Below are positions 20,313 through 29,910 of a DNA stretch of 64,000 nt, piece after piece. Position 1 is the first letter of the stretch. Every line of letters starts with the position of its first letter. The position numbers and the translations under genes were made by a program. The notes below the pieces were generated by a model. The model had not been told where the DNA came from. It saw only the letters and a program-made list of their open reading frames with translations, and made no database searches. The stretch comes from an uncultured Sulfitobacter sp. (GTDB taxonomy: Bacteria; Pseudomonadota; Alphaproteobacteria; Rhodobacterales; Rhodobacteraceae): NCBI GenBank assembly GCA_963422245.2, contig CAXMWW010000032.1:181500-245499 (forward strand), written 5' to 3'.

Positions 20313-22718
20313 ATGAAATCGCATTACAGAGTTGTCGTCATCGGGGGCGGTGTTGTCGGGGCGTCCGTTCTTTACCACCTGGCCAAGATGGGCTGGTCGG
20401 ACGTGGCATTGGTGGAGCGCTCGGTTCTGACGGCCGGGTCCAGTTGGCATGCAGCGGGCGGCATTCATGCGCTGAACGCGGATCCGAACATCGCGGCCTT
20501 GCAGGCCTATACCATTGATTTGTTGAGTGAAATCGAAAAGGAAAGCGGCCAGAACATCGGTCTGCACATGACCGGTGGTTTGACCATGGCCGGCACGCCT
20601 GACCGTTGGGAATGGCTGCAATCGGCCTATCGCACGTTCCAATCCATCGGCATCGAAGACTGCCGGTTGGTGAGCGTTGAAGAGGCGGTGGAGCTGAACC
20701 CGATCATGTCGGGCGACGGCCTCTTGGGCGGTATGTGGGCCGACCGTGAGGGATATATCGACACCACGGGCACAGTGCATGCCTATGCGGGCGCGGCCAA
20801 GAAACACGGGGCGGAGGTGATCGAACACAACCGCGTGCTGGAGCTGAACCAGACGCTGGAAGGCTGGGAAGTGGTGACTGAGAAGGGCACCATCACCTGC
20901 GAGCATGTGGTTAACGCCGCAGGCCTTTGGGCCAAGCAGGTAGGGCGCATGGCAGGGATTGAACTGCCCGTGAGCCCGCTCAACCACCACTATCTGGTGT
21001 CCGACAGCATCCCCGCGTTGGAAGAGATCGACTTTGAGGTTCCAATGACCGTCGATCTGGAAGGCTTCACCTATCTTCGACAGGACCAGAAGGGCGTCCT
21101 GCTGGGCATCTACGAGATCGACCACCAGCACTGGAACATGGATGGCGCGCCTTGGGATTACGGGTTTGAGCTGCAGCAAGAAGACACCGACCGGATCGAG
21201 AAAGAGCTTATCCTCGGGTTTGAGCGCTATCCCTGCCTGCAGGAGGTTGGCGTCAAGACCTGGGTGAACGGGGCCTTTACTTTCTCGCCGGACGGCAACC
21301 CGTTGGTCGGCCCGGTGCCGGGCAAGCGTGGCTATTGGTCCGCCTGTGCGGTGATGGCGGGCTTCCTACAGGGTGGCGGCGTGGGCAAATCTCTGGCTGA
21401 GTGGATGATCCATGGCGAGCCGGAGGCGGATGTCTATGGCATGGATGTCGCGCGCTACGGCATCTGGGCCGAGAACAAGCAGTACATCAAGGAAACCACA
21501 GGGCAGTTCTATTCCCGGCGCTTTGTGATGACCTATCCGAATGAGCAGTTGCCTGCGGGGCGTCCGTTGAAGATGACGGGTATTTATGCCGATCAGTCCG
21601 AGGCAGGGGCCGTTTGGGGACAAAGCTGGGATCTGGAAGTGCCTTTGTATTTCGCGCCGAAGGGTTTTGAGGAAACGCCGTCGCTGAAGCGCTCCGACGC
21701 TCATGACATCGTTGGGGCGGAGTGCCGGGCGGTGCGCGAAAATGTTGGCTTGCTGGACATCACGGCGTTCTCCCGGTTTGAGGTCACGGGGCCGAATGCG
21801 GAGGCATGGCTGGACAAGATGATGGCGTCGAAACTGCCAGCCGCCGGACGGGTGAAGCTGGCCCCGATGCTGGGCCATGACGGGCGAATGAAAGGCGACT
21901 TGACCATCTTCAACTGGGGCGATGGGCGCTACTGGATCACTGGGTCTTATTATCTGCGCACTTGGCATATGCGCTGGTTCAACGACCACATGGAGGATGG
22001 TGTCAGCGTCCGCGACCTGGGGGACGAAATGGCAGGTATGTCGCTTTCCGGACCCAAGGCGCGGGCTGTGATGCAGGATGTGGTCACCGATGGCGATGTG
22101 GATGCGCTCAAGTTCATGGGGTGTGCGCCGATGGATGTGGGCTTGGTCCGGTGTTCGGTTGGGCGGCTCTCGGTTGCGGGCGAGTTGGGGTATGAACTCC
22201 ACTGCCGTGCGGGTGATCTGAAGGCTTTGCGTGACACGCTGCTGGCGGCCGGAGCCGATCACGGGATGATCGAATACGGCTTCAACGCGCTGCTGTCGCT
22301 GCGGTTGGAAAAGTCCTTTGGCATCTGGTCGGCGGAATTCACACAAGGCTACACGCCGGGTGAAACCGGCATGGACCGCTGGATCGACTGGTCGAAGGAC
22401 TTTGTCGGCAAGGAAGCGGCTGTCAAAGAGCGCGACGCGAACGCGCCGGGCAAGGTGCTGGTGACGCTGGAGGTCGAAGCGGATGGCGCGGATGCGGCAG
22501 GCTATGAGCCCGTATGGGCGGGCGAGGCCAAGATCGGCTTTGTCACCTCGGGCGGCTATGGCCACACCACGGGTAAGTCGCTGGCGATGGCCTTGATCGA
22601 CAAGGAGCATGCGGGCGAGGGGACCGATCTGTCCGTGCATGTCGTTGGCGTGGAGCGGAAGGCTAAGGTCATCCCCGCCTCGCCTTACGATCCCGACGGC
22701 AAAGCGATGCGGGCATGA
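20313..22718 (+). CDS. GcvT-family FAD/THF-dependent oxidoreductase (dimethylglycine/sarcosine dehydrogenase-like), 801 aa
   Basis: GGGVVG, GSSWHAAG, FSPDGNP, GELGYELH, LRLEKS, SGGYGH. Confidence 0.9.
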   Translation: MKSHYRVVVIGGGVVGASVLYHLAKMGWSDVALVERSVLTAGSSWHAAGGIHALNADPNIAALQAYTIDLLSEIEKESGQNIGLHMTGGLTMAGTPDRWEWLQSAYRTFQSIGIEDCRLVSVEEAVELNPIMSGDGLLGGMWADREGYIDTTGTVHAYAGAAKKHGAEVIEHNRVLELNQTLEGWEVVTEKGTITCEHVVNAAGLWAKQVGRMAGIELPVSPLNHHYLVSDSIPALEEIDFEVPMTVDLEGFTYLRQDQKGVLLGIYEIDHQHWNMDGAPWDYGFELQQEDTDRIEKELILGFERYPCLQEVGVKTWVNGAFTFSPDGNPLVGPVPGKRGYWSACAVMAGFLQGGGVGKSLAEWMIHGEPEADVYGMDVARYGIWAENKQYIKETTGQFYSRRFVMTYPNEQLPAGRPLKMTGIYADQSEAGAVWGQSWDLEVPLYFAPKGFEETPSLKRSDAHDIVGAECRAVRENVGLLDITAFSRFEVTGPNAEAWLDKMMASKLPAAGRVKLAPMLGHDGRMKGDLTIFNWGDGRYWITGSYYLRTWHMRWFNDHMEDGVSVRDLGDEMAGMSLSGPKARAVMQDVVTDGDVDALKFMGCAPMDVGLVRCSVGRLSVAGELGYELHCRAGDLKALRDTLLAAGADHGMIEYGFNALLSLRLEKSFGIWSAEFTQGYTPGETGMDRWIDWSKDFVGKEAAVKERDANAPGKVLVTLEVEADGADAAGYEPVWAGEAKIGFVTSGGYGHTTGKSLAMALIDKEHAGEGTDLSVHVVGVERKAKVIPASPYDPDGKAMRA

Positions 22719-24241
22719 GCAGGCGCGGCGGCAGGCGCGGGGCTGCGGCTGCTGCCGACACCCCCAGGCGCAAGGTGGACTACCACAACCTGCGCAACCC
22801 GTTCCCTATGATGACGGTCTTTTCCGAGGATGAGATTGCCAACATGCACGACGCGGCTTTGCGCACGTTGGAGGAGCTGGGCCTGAAGGTCCTGCTGCCC
22901 GAAGCGGTGCAGCTGTTCAAAGCAGCGGGTGCGCGGATCGAGGGGGAGATGGTCTATCTGGGTCGCGAGATCGTGGAGGCGGCGATTGCCTCTGCGCCTC
23001 GGTCGATTTTGGGGCGCGCGGGCAGCCGGGCGCGGGATGTGACGCTGGAGCTGGGCTCGTTGGTCTTTCAGCCGGGTGCTGGTGCGCCGCATGCCACCGA
23101 TCTGGTGCGGGGGCGTCGGCCCGGTTCCGCGCAGGACTTTCGCGAATACACCCAGATCGCGCATCACTTTGATGTCTTTCAGATGATGTCGCCTTCGGTG
23201 GAGCCGCAGGACGTGCCCACCCATCTGCGCCATTACTTTACGACCGAAGTGCAGATGACGTTGACGGATAAGTTTCCCTTCGTCTTTTCGCGCGGCACAC
23301 CGCAGGTGCGCGAAACCTTTGATATGTTGCAGATTTTCCGGGGGCTGGATGATGAATCTTTTGCGGCGGCACCCCATTGCTACACGATCATCAATACCAA
23401 TTCCCCGCGCACGCTGGATATCCCCATGGCGCAAGGGCTCATCGATTTTGCGCGCGCTGGGCAGTTGTCGATTGTGACGCCCTTTACGCTGATGGGGGCC
23501 ATGGCACCGATCACGGTGGCAGGGGCGATCACGCTGTCCCATGCCGAAGCGCTGGCTGGGATCACGCTGACGCAGTTGGCCAAACCGGGCGCGCCGGTGT
23601 GCTATGGCACGTTCACTTCAAACGTGGACATGAAGTCAGGCGCACCGGCCTTTGGTACGCCGGGACATTTCCATGCCTCGATCGCCGCCGGGCAATTGGC
23701 GCGGCAGGTGGGGCTGCCCTGGCGGTCGGCGGCAGGGTCGGCGGCGAACCTCAATGACGTGCAGGCCGCCAATGAGAACCAGATGGGGCTTTGGGGCTGC
23801 CTGATGGCCGGGGCGACGGTGGTCATTCATTCGGCAGGCTGGCTGGAGGGCGGTTTGAGCGTGTCCTATGAAAAGCTGGTCACGGATGCCGAAGTGCTGA
23901 ACATGGTGGCCGAGCTTTGTGCAGGGGCGCAGGCGGGGGAGGATGAGATCGGGTTTGACAACGCCTTGTCTCATGTCGACCCGTCGGGGCATTTCTTTGC
24001 CGCCCCTCAGACCATGGCACGGTACAACACGGAGTTCTATGAGCCCATTGTGCACGACTACGCCAACTTTGGCACCTGGACAGAGCGGGGGGCGGAGGAC
24101 ATCAACGCGCGCGCCACGCGGTACTGGCAGGGGATCCTGGAGAAGGATGCGCGGCCGGACGTGGATGGTGACAGGTTGGAAGCCTTGCAGGCCTATATCG
24201 CGAAAGGGACAAAAGCCGGGGGCGCGCCGCCTGAGAGTTGA
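22715..24241 (+). CDS. mttB: Trimethylamine methyltransferase (MttB) family protein, non-pyrrolysine, copy 1
   Basis: INTNSPRTLD, TPFTLMGAMAP, FTSNVDMKSGAP, HSAGWLEGGL; no in-frame TAG. Confidence 0.9.
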   Translation: MSRRGGRRGAAAAADTPRRKVDYHNLRNPFPMMTVFSEDEIANMHDAALRTLEELGLKVLLPEAVQLFKAAGARIEGEMVYLGREIVEAAIASAPRSILGRAGSRARDVTLELGSLVFQPGAGAPHATDLVRGRRPGSAQDFREYTQIAHHFDVFQMMSPSVEPQDVPTHLRHYFTTEVQMTLTDKFPFVFSRGTPQVRETFDMLQIFRGLDDESFAAAPHCYTIINTNSPRTLDIPMAQGLIDFARAGQLSIVTPFTLMGAMAPITVAGAITLSHAEALAGITLTQLAKPGAPVCYGTFTSNVDMKSGAPAFGTPGHFHASIAAGQLARQVGLPWRSAAGSAANLNDVQAANENQMGLWGCLMAGATVVIHSAGWLEGGLSVSYEKLVTDAEVLNMVAELCAGAQAGEDEIGFDNALSHVDPSGHFFAAPQTMARYNTEFYEPIVHDYANFGTWTERGAEDINARATRYWQGILEKDARPDVDGDRLEALQAYIAKGTKAGGAPPES

Positions 24242-24246
24242 CGGGG

Positions 24247-24314
24247 CGTTTTCCTGCGAGGAAAACGGAAGGGAAAAGTCGACTTTTCCGGATCGAAATT
24301 CTCGCAGAATTTCG
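24247..24314. repeat. Triple-hairpin intergenic element, full copy 1
   Basis: CGTTTTCCT-GCG-AGGAAAACG / GGAAAAGTCGACTTTTCC / CGAAATTCT-CGC-AGAATTTCG. Confidence 0.85.
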
Positions 24315-24338
24315 GGGCCCGCAGGGAAGGACAGTAAG

Positions 24339-24974
24339 ATGACAGACCCCACACCGCTTTACGGCAACACCAAGGTCACCCGAGCCGATTGGCTGACGGT
24401 GGCCATGGACCTGCTGGTCAGTGAAGGCGTGGGCCAGGTCAAGGTCTTGTCCATCTCGGAGCGGCTGGGCGTTTCGCGGTCGTCGTTCTATTGGTACTTC
24501 AAGAGCCGTCAGGACCTGCTGAGCGCCTTGCTGGAGCAGTGGGAACAGACGAACACGGCATTGTTGATCCGTCATGCCGAGATGCCTGCCGCGACGATCA
24601 CCGAAGGGGTCTGCAACATCTCGCGCTGCTGGGTGGACCCGGCCCTTTTCAACCACAAGCTGGACTTTGCGATCCGCGAGTGGGCGCGCCGTGATGGGGC
24701 GGTCCGGCGCGTGATTGACCAGACTGATGCGGCGCGGGTCGCCGCTTTTGCCGCCCTTTTTGAGCGCTTTGACTATGACCCGGATGAGGCTGAAGTGCGG
24801 GCGCGGGTGATGTACTACATGCAGGTGGGCTATTACGCGCTGGAGCTTTCCGAGCCTATCGAAGAGCGCATGAAACGCGTGTGGAACTATGTGCTGAGCT
24901 TCACGGGGCGCACGCCGCAACAGGCGGAGATTGACGCGCTTTTGGACTATACCGAAAAGGCGCATGGACGGTGA
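24339..24974 (+). CDS. TetR/AcrR family regulator
   Basis: Start MTDPTPLYG; VKVLSISERLGVSRSSFYWYFKSR HTH. Confidence 0.88.
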   Translation: MTDPTPLYGNTKVTRADWLTVAMDLLVSEGVGQVKVLSISERLGVSRSSFYWYFKSRQDLLSALLEQWEQTNTALLIRHAEMPAATITEGVCNISRCWVDPALFNHKLDFAIREWARRDGAVRRVIDQTDAARVAAFAALFERFDYDPDEAEVRARVMYYMQVGYYALELSEPIEERMKRVWNYVLSFTGRTPQQAEIDALLDYTEKAHGR

Positions 24975-25027
24975 TGGTTTGCCTTGGCGCATCCTAGGAG
25001 TAAGCTGACGGCGGAGAGGGCACCGCC

Positions 25028-25921
25028 ATGTTGACCGCAGACCAGATCGAGACCTATCGCCGTGATGGCTTTTTGCGGGTGGAAGGGGCGTTGAACGCAG
25101 AGGAGCTGGCGCGCCTTCAACGCATCACGGACCGCTTGATCGACGCCTCTCGCTCTGTCACGCAGAGCAACGACATTTATGATCTGGATGAAGGTCACAG
25201 TGCGAATGCCCCTCGCCTTACGCGGATCAAACTGCCGCATTTACAGGACCCGGCATTTTGGGAGATCGCGGTGAACTCGCGCCTGACGGATATCCTCAGG
25301 CAGCTTCTGGGTGAAAATGTCTTGCTGCAAACCTCCAAGCTCAACACCAAGGCACCGGGCGGCGGGGCAGCAGTGGAATGGCATCAGGACTGGGCGTTCT
25401 ACCCACACACCAATGATGATCTGCTGGCCTTTGGCGTGATGCTGGAAGACGTGGACGAAAAAAATGGTCCCCTGCAGGTGATCCCGGGCAGTCATCGTGG
25501 CCCGGTATTGAGCCATCAGAACGGCGAAGGTGTTTTCTGTGGCGCGGTAGATCCCGATGACCCGGCGTTTGAGGGCGAAAAGGCGGTGACGCTCACGGGC
25601 AAGGCGGGGGACATGACAATCCACCACGTGCGTGCGTTACATGGCTCTGCCCCCAACACCAGCGATCGGGCCCGAAAGATCCTGTTTTACGAATGCGCCG
25701 CAGCCGATGCCTGGCCGCTGATGGGCGGGTCTGCCTACATCCAGCGGCTGGAGCAGGGCGCGCAGTGGCAGGATGTGCAGGACCGCATGATATGCGGCAC
25801 CCCGGTGCTTGAGCCACGGTTGGAACAGGTGCCCGTCCGGCTGCCATACCCGCCGCCTGCGGATAATTCTTCGATTTTCAAGTTGCAGCAGTCTGGCGGG
25901 GCGAAATCGGCCTTTGGCTAA
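25028..25921 (+). CDS. PhyH-family Fe(II)/2-oxoglutarate dioxygenase
   Basis: WHQDW (HxD), ENG-like EKNGPLQVIPGSH, LHGSAPNTSDRAR. Confidence 0.88.
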   Translation: MLTADQIETYRRDGFLRVEGALNAEELARLQRITDRLIDASRSVTQSNDIYDLDEGHSANAPRLTRIKLPHLQDPAFWEIAVNSRLTDILRQLLGENVLLQTSKLNTKAPGGGAAVEWHQDWAFYPHTNDDLLAFGVMLEDVDEKNGPLQVIPGSHRGPVLSHQNGEGVFCGAVDPDDPAFEGEKAVTLTGKAGDMTIHHVRALHGSAPNTSDRARKILFYECAAADAWPLMGGSAYIQRLEQGAQWQDVQDRMICGTPVLEPRLEQVPVRLPYPPPADNSSIFKLQQSGGAKSAFG

Positions 25922-25932
25922 TGGTTTCCCGC

Positions 25933-26133
25933 TTATCCGCGGCCCCATGAGATTTTCGCCCATACCCGTTCATGGCAGATGTAAGTGACTGTCCCTACGG
26001 CAAAAGTAGCCAAGGCCAATCCGCTTGCGGCGCTGATTGAGCCGGTGGTGAGGTAGCCCAGAAAGATCATCACAACAAAACCCATGAGCTGCCAGGTGAT
26101 CGCCTTAACAACGGTGCGTTTTCTTTGATCCAT
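25933..26133 (-). CDS. DUF2061-like small membrane protein (66 aa)
   Basis: RTVVKAITWQ...YICHERVWAKISWG. Confidence 0.8.
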   Translation of the reverse strand: MDQRKRTVVKAITWQLMGFVVMIFLGYLTTGSISAASGLALATFAVGTVTYICHERVWAKISWGRG

Positions 26134-26337
26134 CGGATTTCCTTTCGAGGCTGCCTGCCTTCGCCTATCAAAGGAAAGCAAGGGTCGGCAATTCTGAGAA
26201 TTGTCTACTTTTCACACCTAGCGGGACTATTGTCAGCGGCTGTGCTTTTTATCACAAACCTCTTAACCGGCGATGTTTCTTGACAAAAGCCCGTCTGGTG
26301 AGGCCTTCTGCCTCAAATATTCTAAGGAGGATCCCCC

Positions 26338-27453
26338 ATGATGAAAACACGCGCCGCCGTCGCCCTTGAGGCTGGCAAACCCTTGGAGATCATGGAGGTG
26401 AACCTCGAAGGCCCCAAGGCCGGTGAGGTTCTGGTTGAGATCAAGGCCACGGGTCTGTGCCATACGGATGAGTTCACCCGTTCGGGTGACGACCCCGAAG
26501 GTATCTTCCCGGCCATTCTGGGCCATGAAGGGGCGGGCGTGGTATTGGAAGTGGGTGAAGGTGTGACGACCGTGGAGCCGGGCGATCATGTGATCCCGCT
26601 TTACACGCCGGAGTGCCGGAACTGCGAATACTGCACCTCTGGCAAAACAAACCTGTGCCAGGCCATTCGCGTGACGCAAGGCCAGGGCCTGCTGCCCGAT
26701 GGTACAACGCGGTTCTCCATGGAGGATGGCACGCCCATTCACCACTACATGGGCTGTTCGACCTTCGCCAATCACACCGTCATTCCGGAGATCGCGCTGG
26801 CGAAGGTTCGCAAGGACGCGCCTTTTGACAAGATCTGCTACATCGGCTGCGGTGTGACGACCGGTATTGGTGCGGTGATCAACACTGCCAAAGTCGAGAT
26901 TGGCGCACGCTGCGTTGTCTTTGGTCTGGGCGGCATTGGTCTGAATGTGATTCAGGGTCTGCGGATGGCCGGGGCCGATCAAATTGTGGGCGTTGACCTC
27001 AACGACGACAAGGAAGAGATGAGCCGTTACTTCGGCATGACGGACTTTGTGAACCCCACCAAGGTCGATGGTGATCTGGTGGCGCATCTGGTGGAGCTGA
27101 CGGGGGGCGGCGCGGATTATTCCTTTGACGCCACGGGCAACACCAAGGTGATGCGCGATGCACTGGAATGCGCGCATAAGGGCTGGGGGGAATCGATCAT
27201 TATCGGCGTGGCCCCGGCGGGTGCGGAGATTTCAACGCGGCCGTTCCAGCTGGTCACGGGCCGGGTTTGGCGCGGTACTGCGTTTGGCGGGGCGAAGGGG
27301 CGCACGGATGTGCCAAAGATCGTGGACTGGTACATGAACGGTAAGATCGAGATCGACCCGATGATCACGCACAAGCTGAAGCTGGACGAGATCAACCATG
27401 GCTTCCACCTGATGCATGAGGGTGAATCGATCCGAGCTGTTGTCGAGTTCTAA
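26338..27453 (+). CDS. frmA: S-(hydroxymethyl)glutathione dehydrogenase / class III alcohol dehydrogenase
   Basis: GLCHTD, GHEGAG, CRNCEYC..C, GCGVTTG, GTAFGG; AAGGAGG RBS. Confidence 0.96.
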   Translation: MMKTRAAVALEAGKPLEIMEVNLEGPKAGEVLVEIKATGLCHTDEFTRSGDDPEGIFPAILGHEGAGVVLEVGEGVTTVEPGDHVIPLYTPECRNCEYCTSGKTNLCQAIRVTQGQGLLPDGTTRFSMEDGTPIHHYMGCSTFANHTVIPEIALAKVRKDAPFDKICYIGCGVTTGIGAVINTAKVEIGARCVVFGLGGIGLNVIQGLRMAGADQIVGVDLNDDKEEMSRYFGMTDFVNPTKVDGDLVAHLVELTGGGADYSFDATGNTKVMRDALECAHKGWGESIIIGVAPAGAEISTRPFQLVTGRVWRGTAFGGAKGRTDVPKIVDWYMNGKIEIDPMITHKLKLDEINHGFHLMHEGESIRAVVEF

Positions 27454-27456
27454 AGT

Positions 27457-27589
27457 GTAAGGCGGGCGTATCGTCCGCCCAGCTGGTCGGGCCGATAGGC
27501 CCGACTTACAAGGTCTCACCTTCGTAAGGGGGGCGTGTCGCCCACCTTTGTTCACCACGACGGCGGGGTGGGCAAGATGCCCACCTTAC
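27457..27589. repeat. Cluster of four REP-like units as two convergent pairs (BIME/REPIN-like)
   Basis: Plus units 27457-27479 and 27524-27547 start GTAAGG; minus units 27485-27509 and 27566-27589 end CTTAC. Confidence 0.78.
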
Positions 27590-27616
27590 GCTGCTTTGTC
27601 CATCATCCGAAAGCCA

Positions 27617-28774
27617 ATGCTCATGCCGCCAGTACAGACCATCGCCACGGGCATTGTGGTCGCGGTCGTGGGTTTTTTCAGCTCTTTCCCGATCGTGCTG
27701 CAGGGGCTTTATGGCATGGGGGCGACGGATGCCCAGGCGGCATCCGGCCTGATGGCCGCTGCTGTGGCCATGGGGTTGACTGGCGTTGTACTGGCTTTGC
27801 GGTTCCGCCAGCCCATATCTGTGGCCTGGTCCACACCGGGGGCTGCGCTGTTGGCGGTTCTTGCAGTGCCCGGGGGCGGATTTGCCGAGGCGATCGGGGC
27901 ATTCATCGTCGCGGGCGTTCTGGTGCTGATCAGCGGGCTTTGGCGGCCCATCGGGCGGATGGTGGCGGCGATCCCCACATCCCTTGCGCAGGCTATGCTG
28001 GCAGGGGTGCTTTTGCCCATTTGTCTGGCCCCGGCACGGGCCTTGCCGGAGATCCCGCAGTTCGTGATCCCCATTTTCGCAGCTTGGCTGATCGGCGGCC
28101 TGATCAACCGGCTCGCCGCCGTGCCCTGCGCCGTGCTGGCCACAGCTGTCCTGATCGGATGGCAGAGCGGTCTGCCGGATGTGGCACAGACCGGGTGGAT
28201 CACAGCCCCTGTGTTCACTGGCCCGGCGTTCTCACTCGCCACGGCGATCAGCATCGGGGTACCGCTTTATATCGTCAGCATGGCCACGCAGAACATCCCG
28301 GGCATCGCGATCCTGCGGGCCAATGGCTACACGCCGCAGACAGCGCCCCTGCTATCGACGGTCGGGATTGCCTCGATCCTGTCCGCCCCTTTCGGGGCCT
28401 ATAACACCTGCCTTGCCGCCATTACCTCGGCCATGTGCGCAGGCGAGGACGCGCATCCTGACCCGGCCAAACGCTATCTGGCAGCCGTTGTGGCGGGGCT
28501 AGGATATGCGCTTTTTGGTCTTTTCGCAGGGCTGGTCACGGCATTTGCCGCTTCAGCCCCGCCTATGGTCATCGCCTCCCTTGCAGGGCTCGCGTTGATG
28601 GGCGTGCTTGCGGGATCGGCGCAGGCTGCCTTTTCGGATCCAAAGGAACGGGATGCAGCGGTGGTCACCCTGCTGGTGACAGCATCCGGCATCACGATTT
28701 ATGATCTGAGCGCGCCTGTACGGGGCTTGCTTGCAGGGGGCCTGGTCTATGCGGCGAAAAGGCTGCGGGGCTAA
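27617..28774 (+). CDS. benE: Benzoate/H+ symporter BenE family transporter
   Basis: PISVAWSTPGAALL, LAQAMLAGVL, MATQNIPGIAIL, LAAITSAMC. Confidence 0.9.
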   Translation: MLMPPVQTIATGIVVAVVGFFSSFPIVLQGLYGMGATDAQAASGLMAAAVAMGLTGVVLALRFRQPISVAWSTPGAALLAVLAVPGGGFAEAIGAFIVAGVLVLISGLWRPIGRMVAAIPTSLAQAMLAGVLLPICLAPARALPEIPQFVIPIFAAWLIGGLINRLAAVPCAVLATAVLIGWQSGLPDVAQTGWITAPVFTGPAFSLATAISIGVPLYIVSMATQNIPGIAILRANGYTPQTAPLLSTVGIASILSAPFGAYNTCLAAITSAMCAGEDAHPDPAKRYLAAVVAGLGYALFGLFAGLVTAFAASAPPMVIASLAGLALMGVLAGSAQAAFSDPKERDAAVVTLLVTASGITIYDLSAPVRGLLAGGLVYAAKRLRG

Positions 28775-29313
28775 CTGCTAAAGTCCAAAGCGGCCTGCAA
28801 CATGTGGCGCACTTGTGCTTCATAGGTCGGGGTGCCTACAGGTGCTATGCCGCTGAGATGCATGGACTTTTCCGCGACACTGAGGCCAAGGGCGGCAGCC
28901 ATGAATAGCGCGGCCTTCTCCGCACTCCCCAGCATTGCGGCCAGCGGTTCCTGAAATTGTTCTGCCTGTGCAGCACGCACAAGTTCGCCCACGTCTTCGT
29001 CATGGGCGTTCATCACAATGAGCCGCATCACGTGCGGGTCGTCGGTGTTTCGGGGGGCCGTGGCAAAGAGGGTCACGACGGCTTCGACAATCGTATCAGG
29101 TGTCAGCTCATTCAGCGCTTCCTGGGCAAAGGCCCCTTCGAGCGTCGCCTCAAAGAGCCCGCGTTTGCCGCCAAAATAACGCGAGACAAGGGCCACATCC
29201 ACGCCTGCCGCCGTGGCGATTTCGCGCAAGGAAACGGCCCCGTAGCCGCGCATCCACATCAGTTTGCGGCCTTCGGTCAGCAGTCTTTCACGTGTGGCGT
29301 CGGCCTTTCTCAT
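28771..29313 (-). CDS. TetR/AcrR family regulator
   Basis: SLREIATAAGVDVALVSRYFGGK HTH; divergent from iorA-like gene. Confidence 0.88.
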   Translation of the reverse strand: MRKADATRERLLTEGRKLMWMRGYGAVSLREIATAAGVDVALVSRYFGGKRGLFEATLEGAFAQEALNELTPDTIVEAVVTLFATAPRNTDDPHVMRLIVMNAHDEDVGELVRAAQAEQFQEPLAAMLGSAEKAALFMAAALGLSVAEKSMHLSGIAPVGTPTYEAQVRHMLQAALDFSS

Positions 29314-29341
29314 CCCTTTCTTTTAAGGGGTTGCGGGATTT

Positions 29342-29414
29342 TGTCAACGCGCGTTGTCAATGCCTGTTGACAAGCGCTCAGAATCGCGTTTGATTGGGTC
29401 AACGATTGTTGAAT
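29342..29414. promoter_or_regulatory. Three candidate TetR operators TGTCAAC-N4-GTTGACA
   Basis: TGTCAAC-GCGC-GTTGTCA (29342), TGTCAAT-GCCT-GTTGACA (29355), GGTCAAC-GATT-GTTGAAT (29397) in the divergent promoter. Confidence 0.6.
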
Positions 29415-29448
29415 TCCTTGATAGCCCGAGACCGCCACGGAGGAACGC

Positions 29449-29907
29449 ATGAAACTTACCGTCAATGGAACTGAGCACGAGGTGGATGTCGAAGACGACA
29501 TGCCGCTGTTGTGGGTGCTACGCGATGAGCTGGGCATTGCTGGCCCGAAGTATGGCTGCGGGATTGCCCAATGCGGGGCCTGCACGGTTCATATGGATGG
29601 GGTCGCGGTGCGGTCCTGCCAGCTGGCTGCCGCAGATGTGGATGGCGACATCACCACCATCGAGGGTTTGGGCACGCCCGACAGTTTGCATGCCGTTCAA
29701 AAGGCCTGGGTAGAACATCAGGTGGCGCAATGTGGCTACTGCCAGGCCGGGCAGATCATGCAGGCCGCGTCCTTTCTGGACCTGAACCCGGAGCCGACAG
29801 ACGATCAGATTGATGCGGCGATGAGCGGCAACTTGTGCCGCTGTGGCACCTACGTGCGCATCCGGGCCGCGGTGAAGACGGCAGCAGCAAACCTAGCGGA
29901 GGGCTAA
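29449..29907 (+). CDS. [2Fe-2S] subunit of xanthine oxidase family (IorA-like)
   Basis: [11 protein letters not shown] and QCGYCQ..CRC. Confidence 0.93.
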   Translation: MKLTVNGTEHEVDVEDDMPLLWVLRDELGIAGPKYGCGIAQCGACTVHMDGVAVRSCQLAAADVDGDITTIEGLGTPDSLHAVQKAWVEHQVAQCGYCQAGQIMQAASFLDLNPEPTDDQIDAAMSGNLCRCGTYVRIRAAVKTAAANLAEG

Positions 29908-29910
29908 GAC

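Noticed and set aside
26187-26205. GGCAATTCT-G-AGAATTGTC as a fourth triple-hairpin copy
   Set aside because: Single hairpin without the GTCGAC palindrome or triloop; could be an operator for frmA or DUF2061 but unsupported
27457-27589. CRISPR-like array
   Set aside because: Units alternate in orientation, differ in sequence and have very short spacers; fits REP clusters
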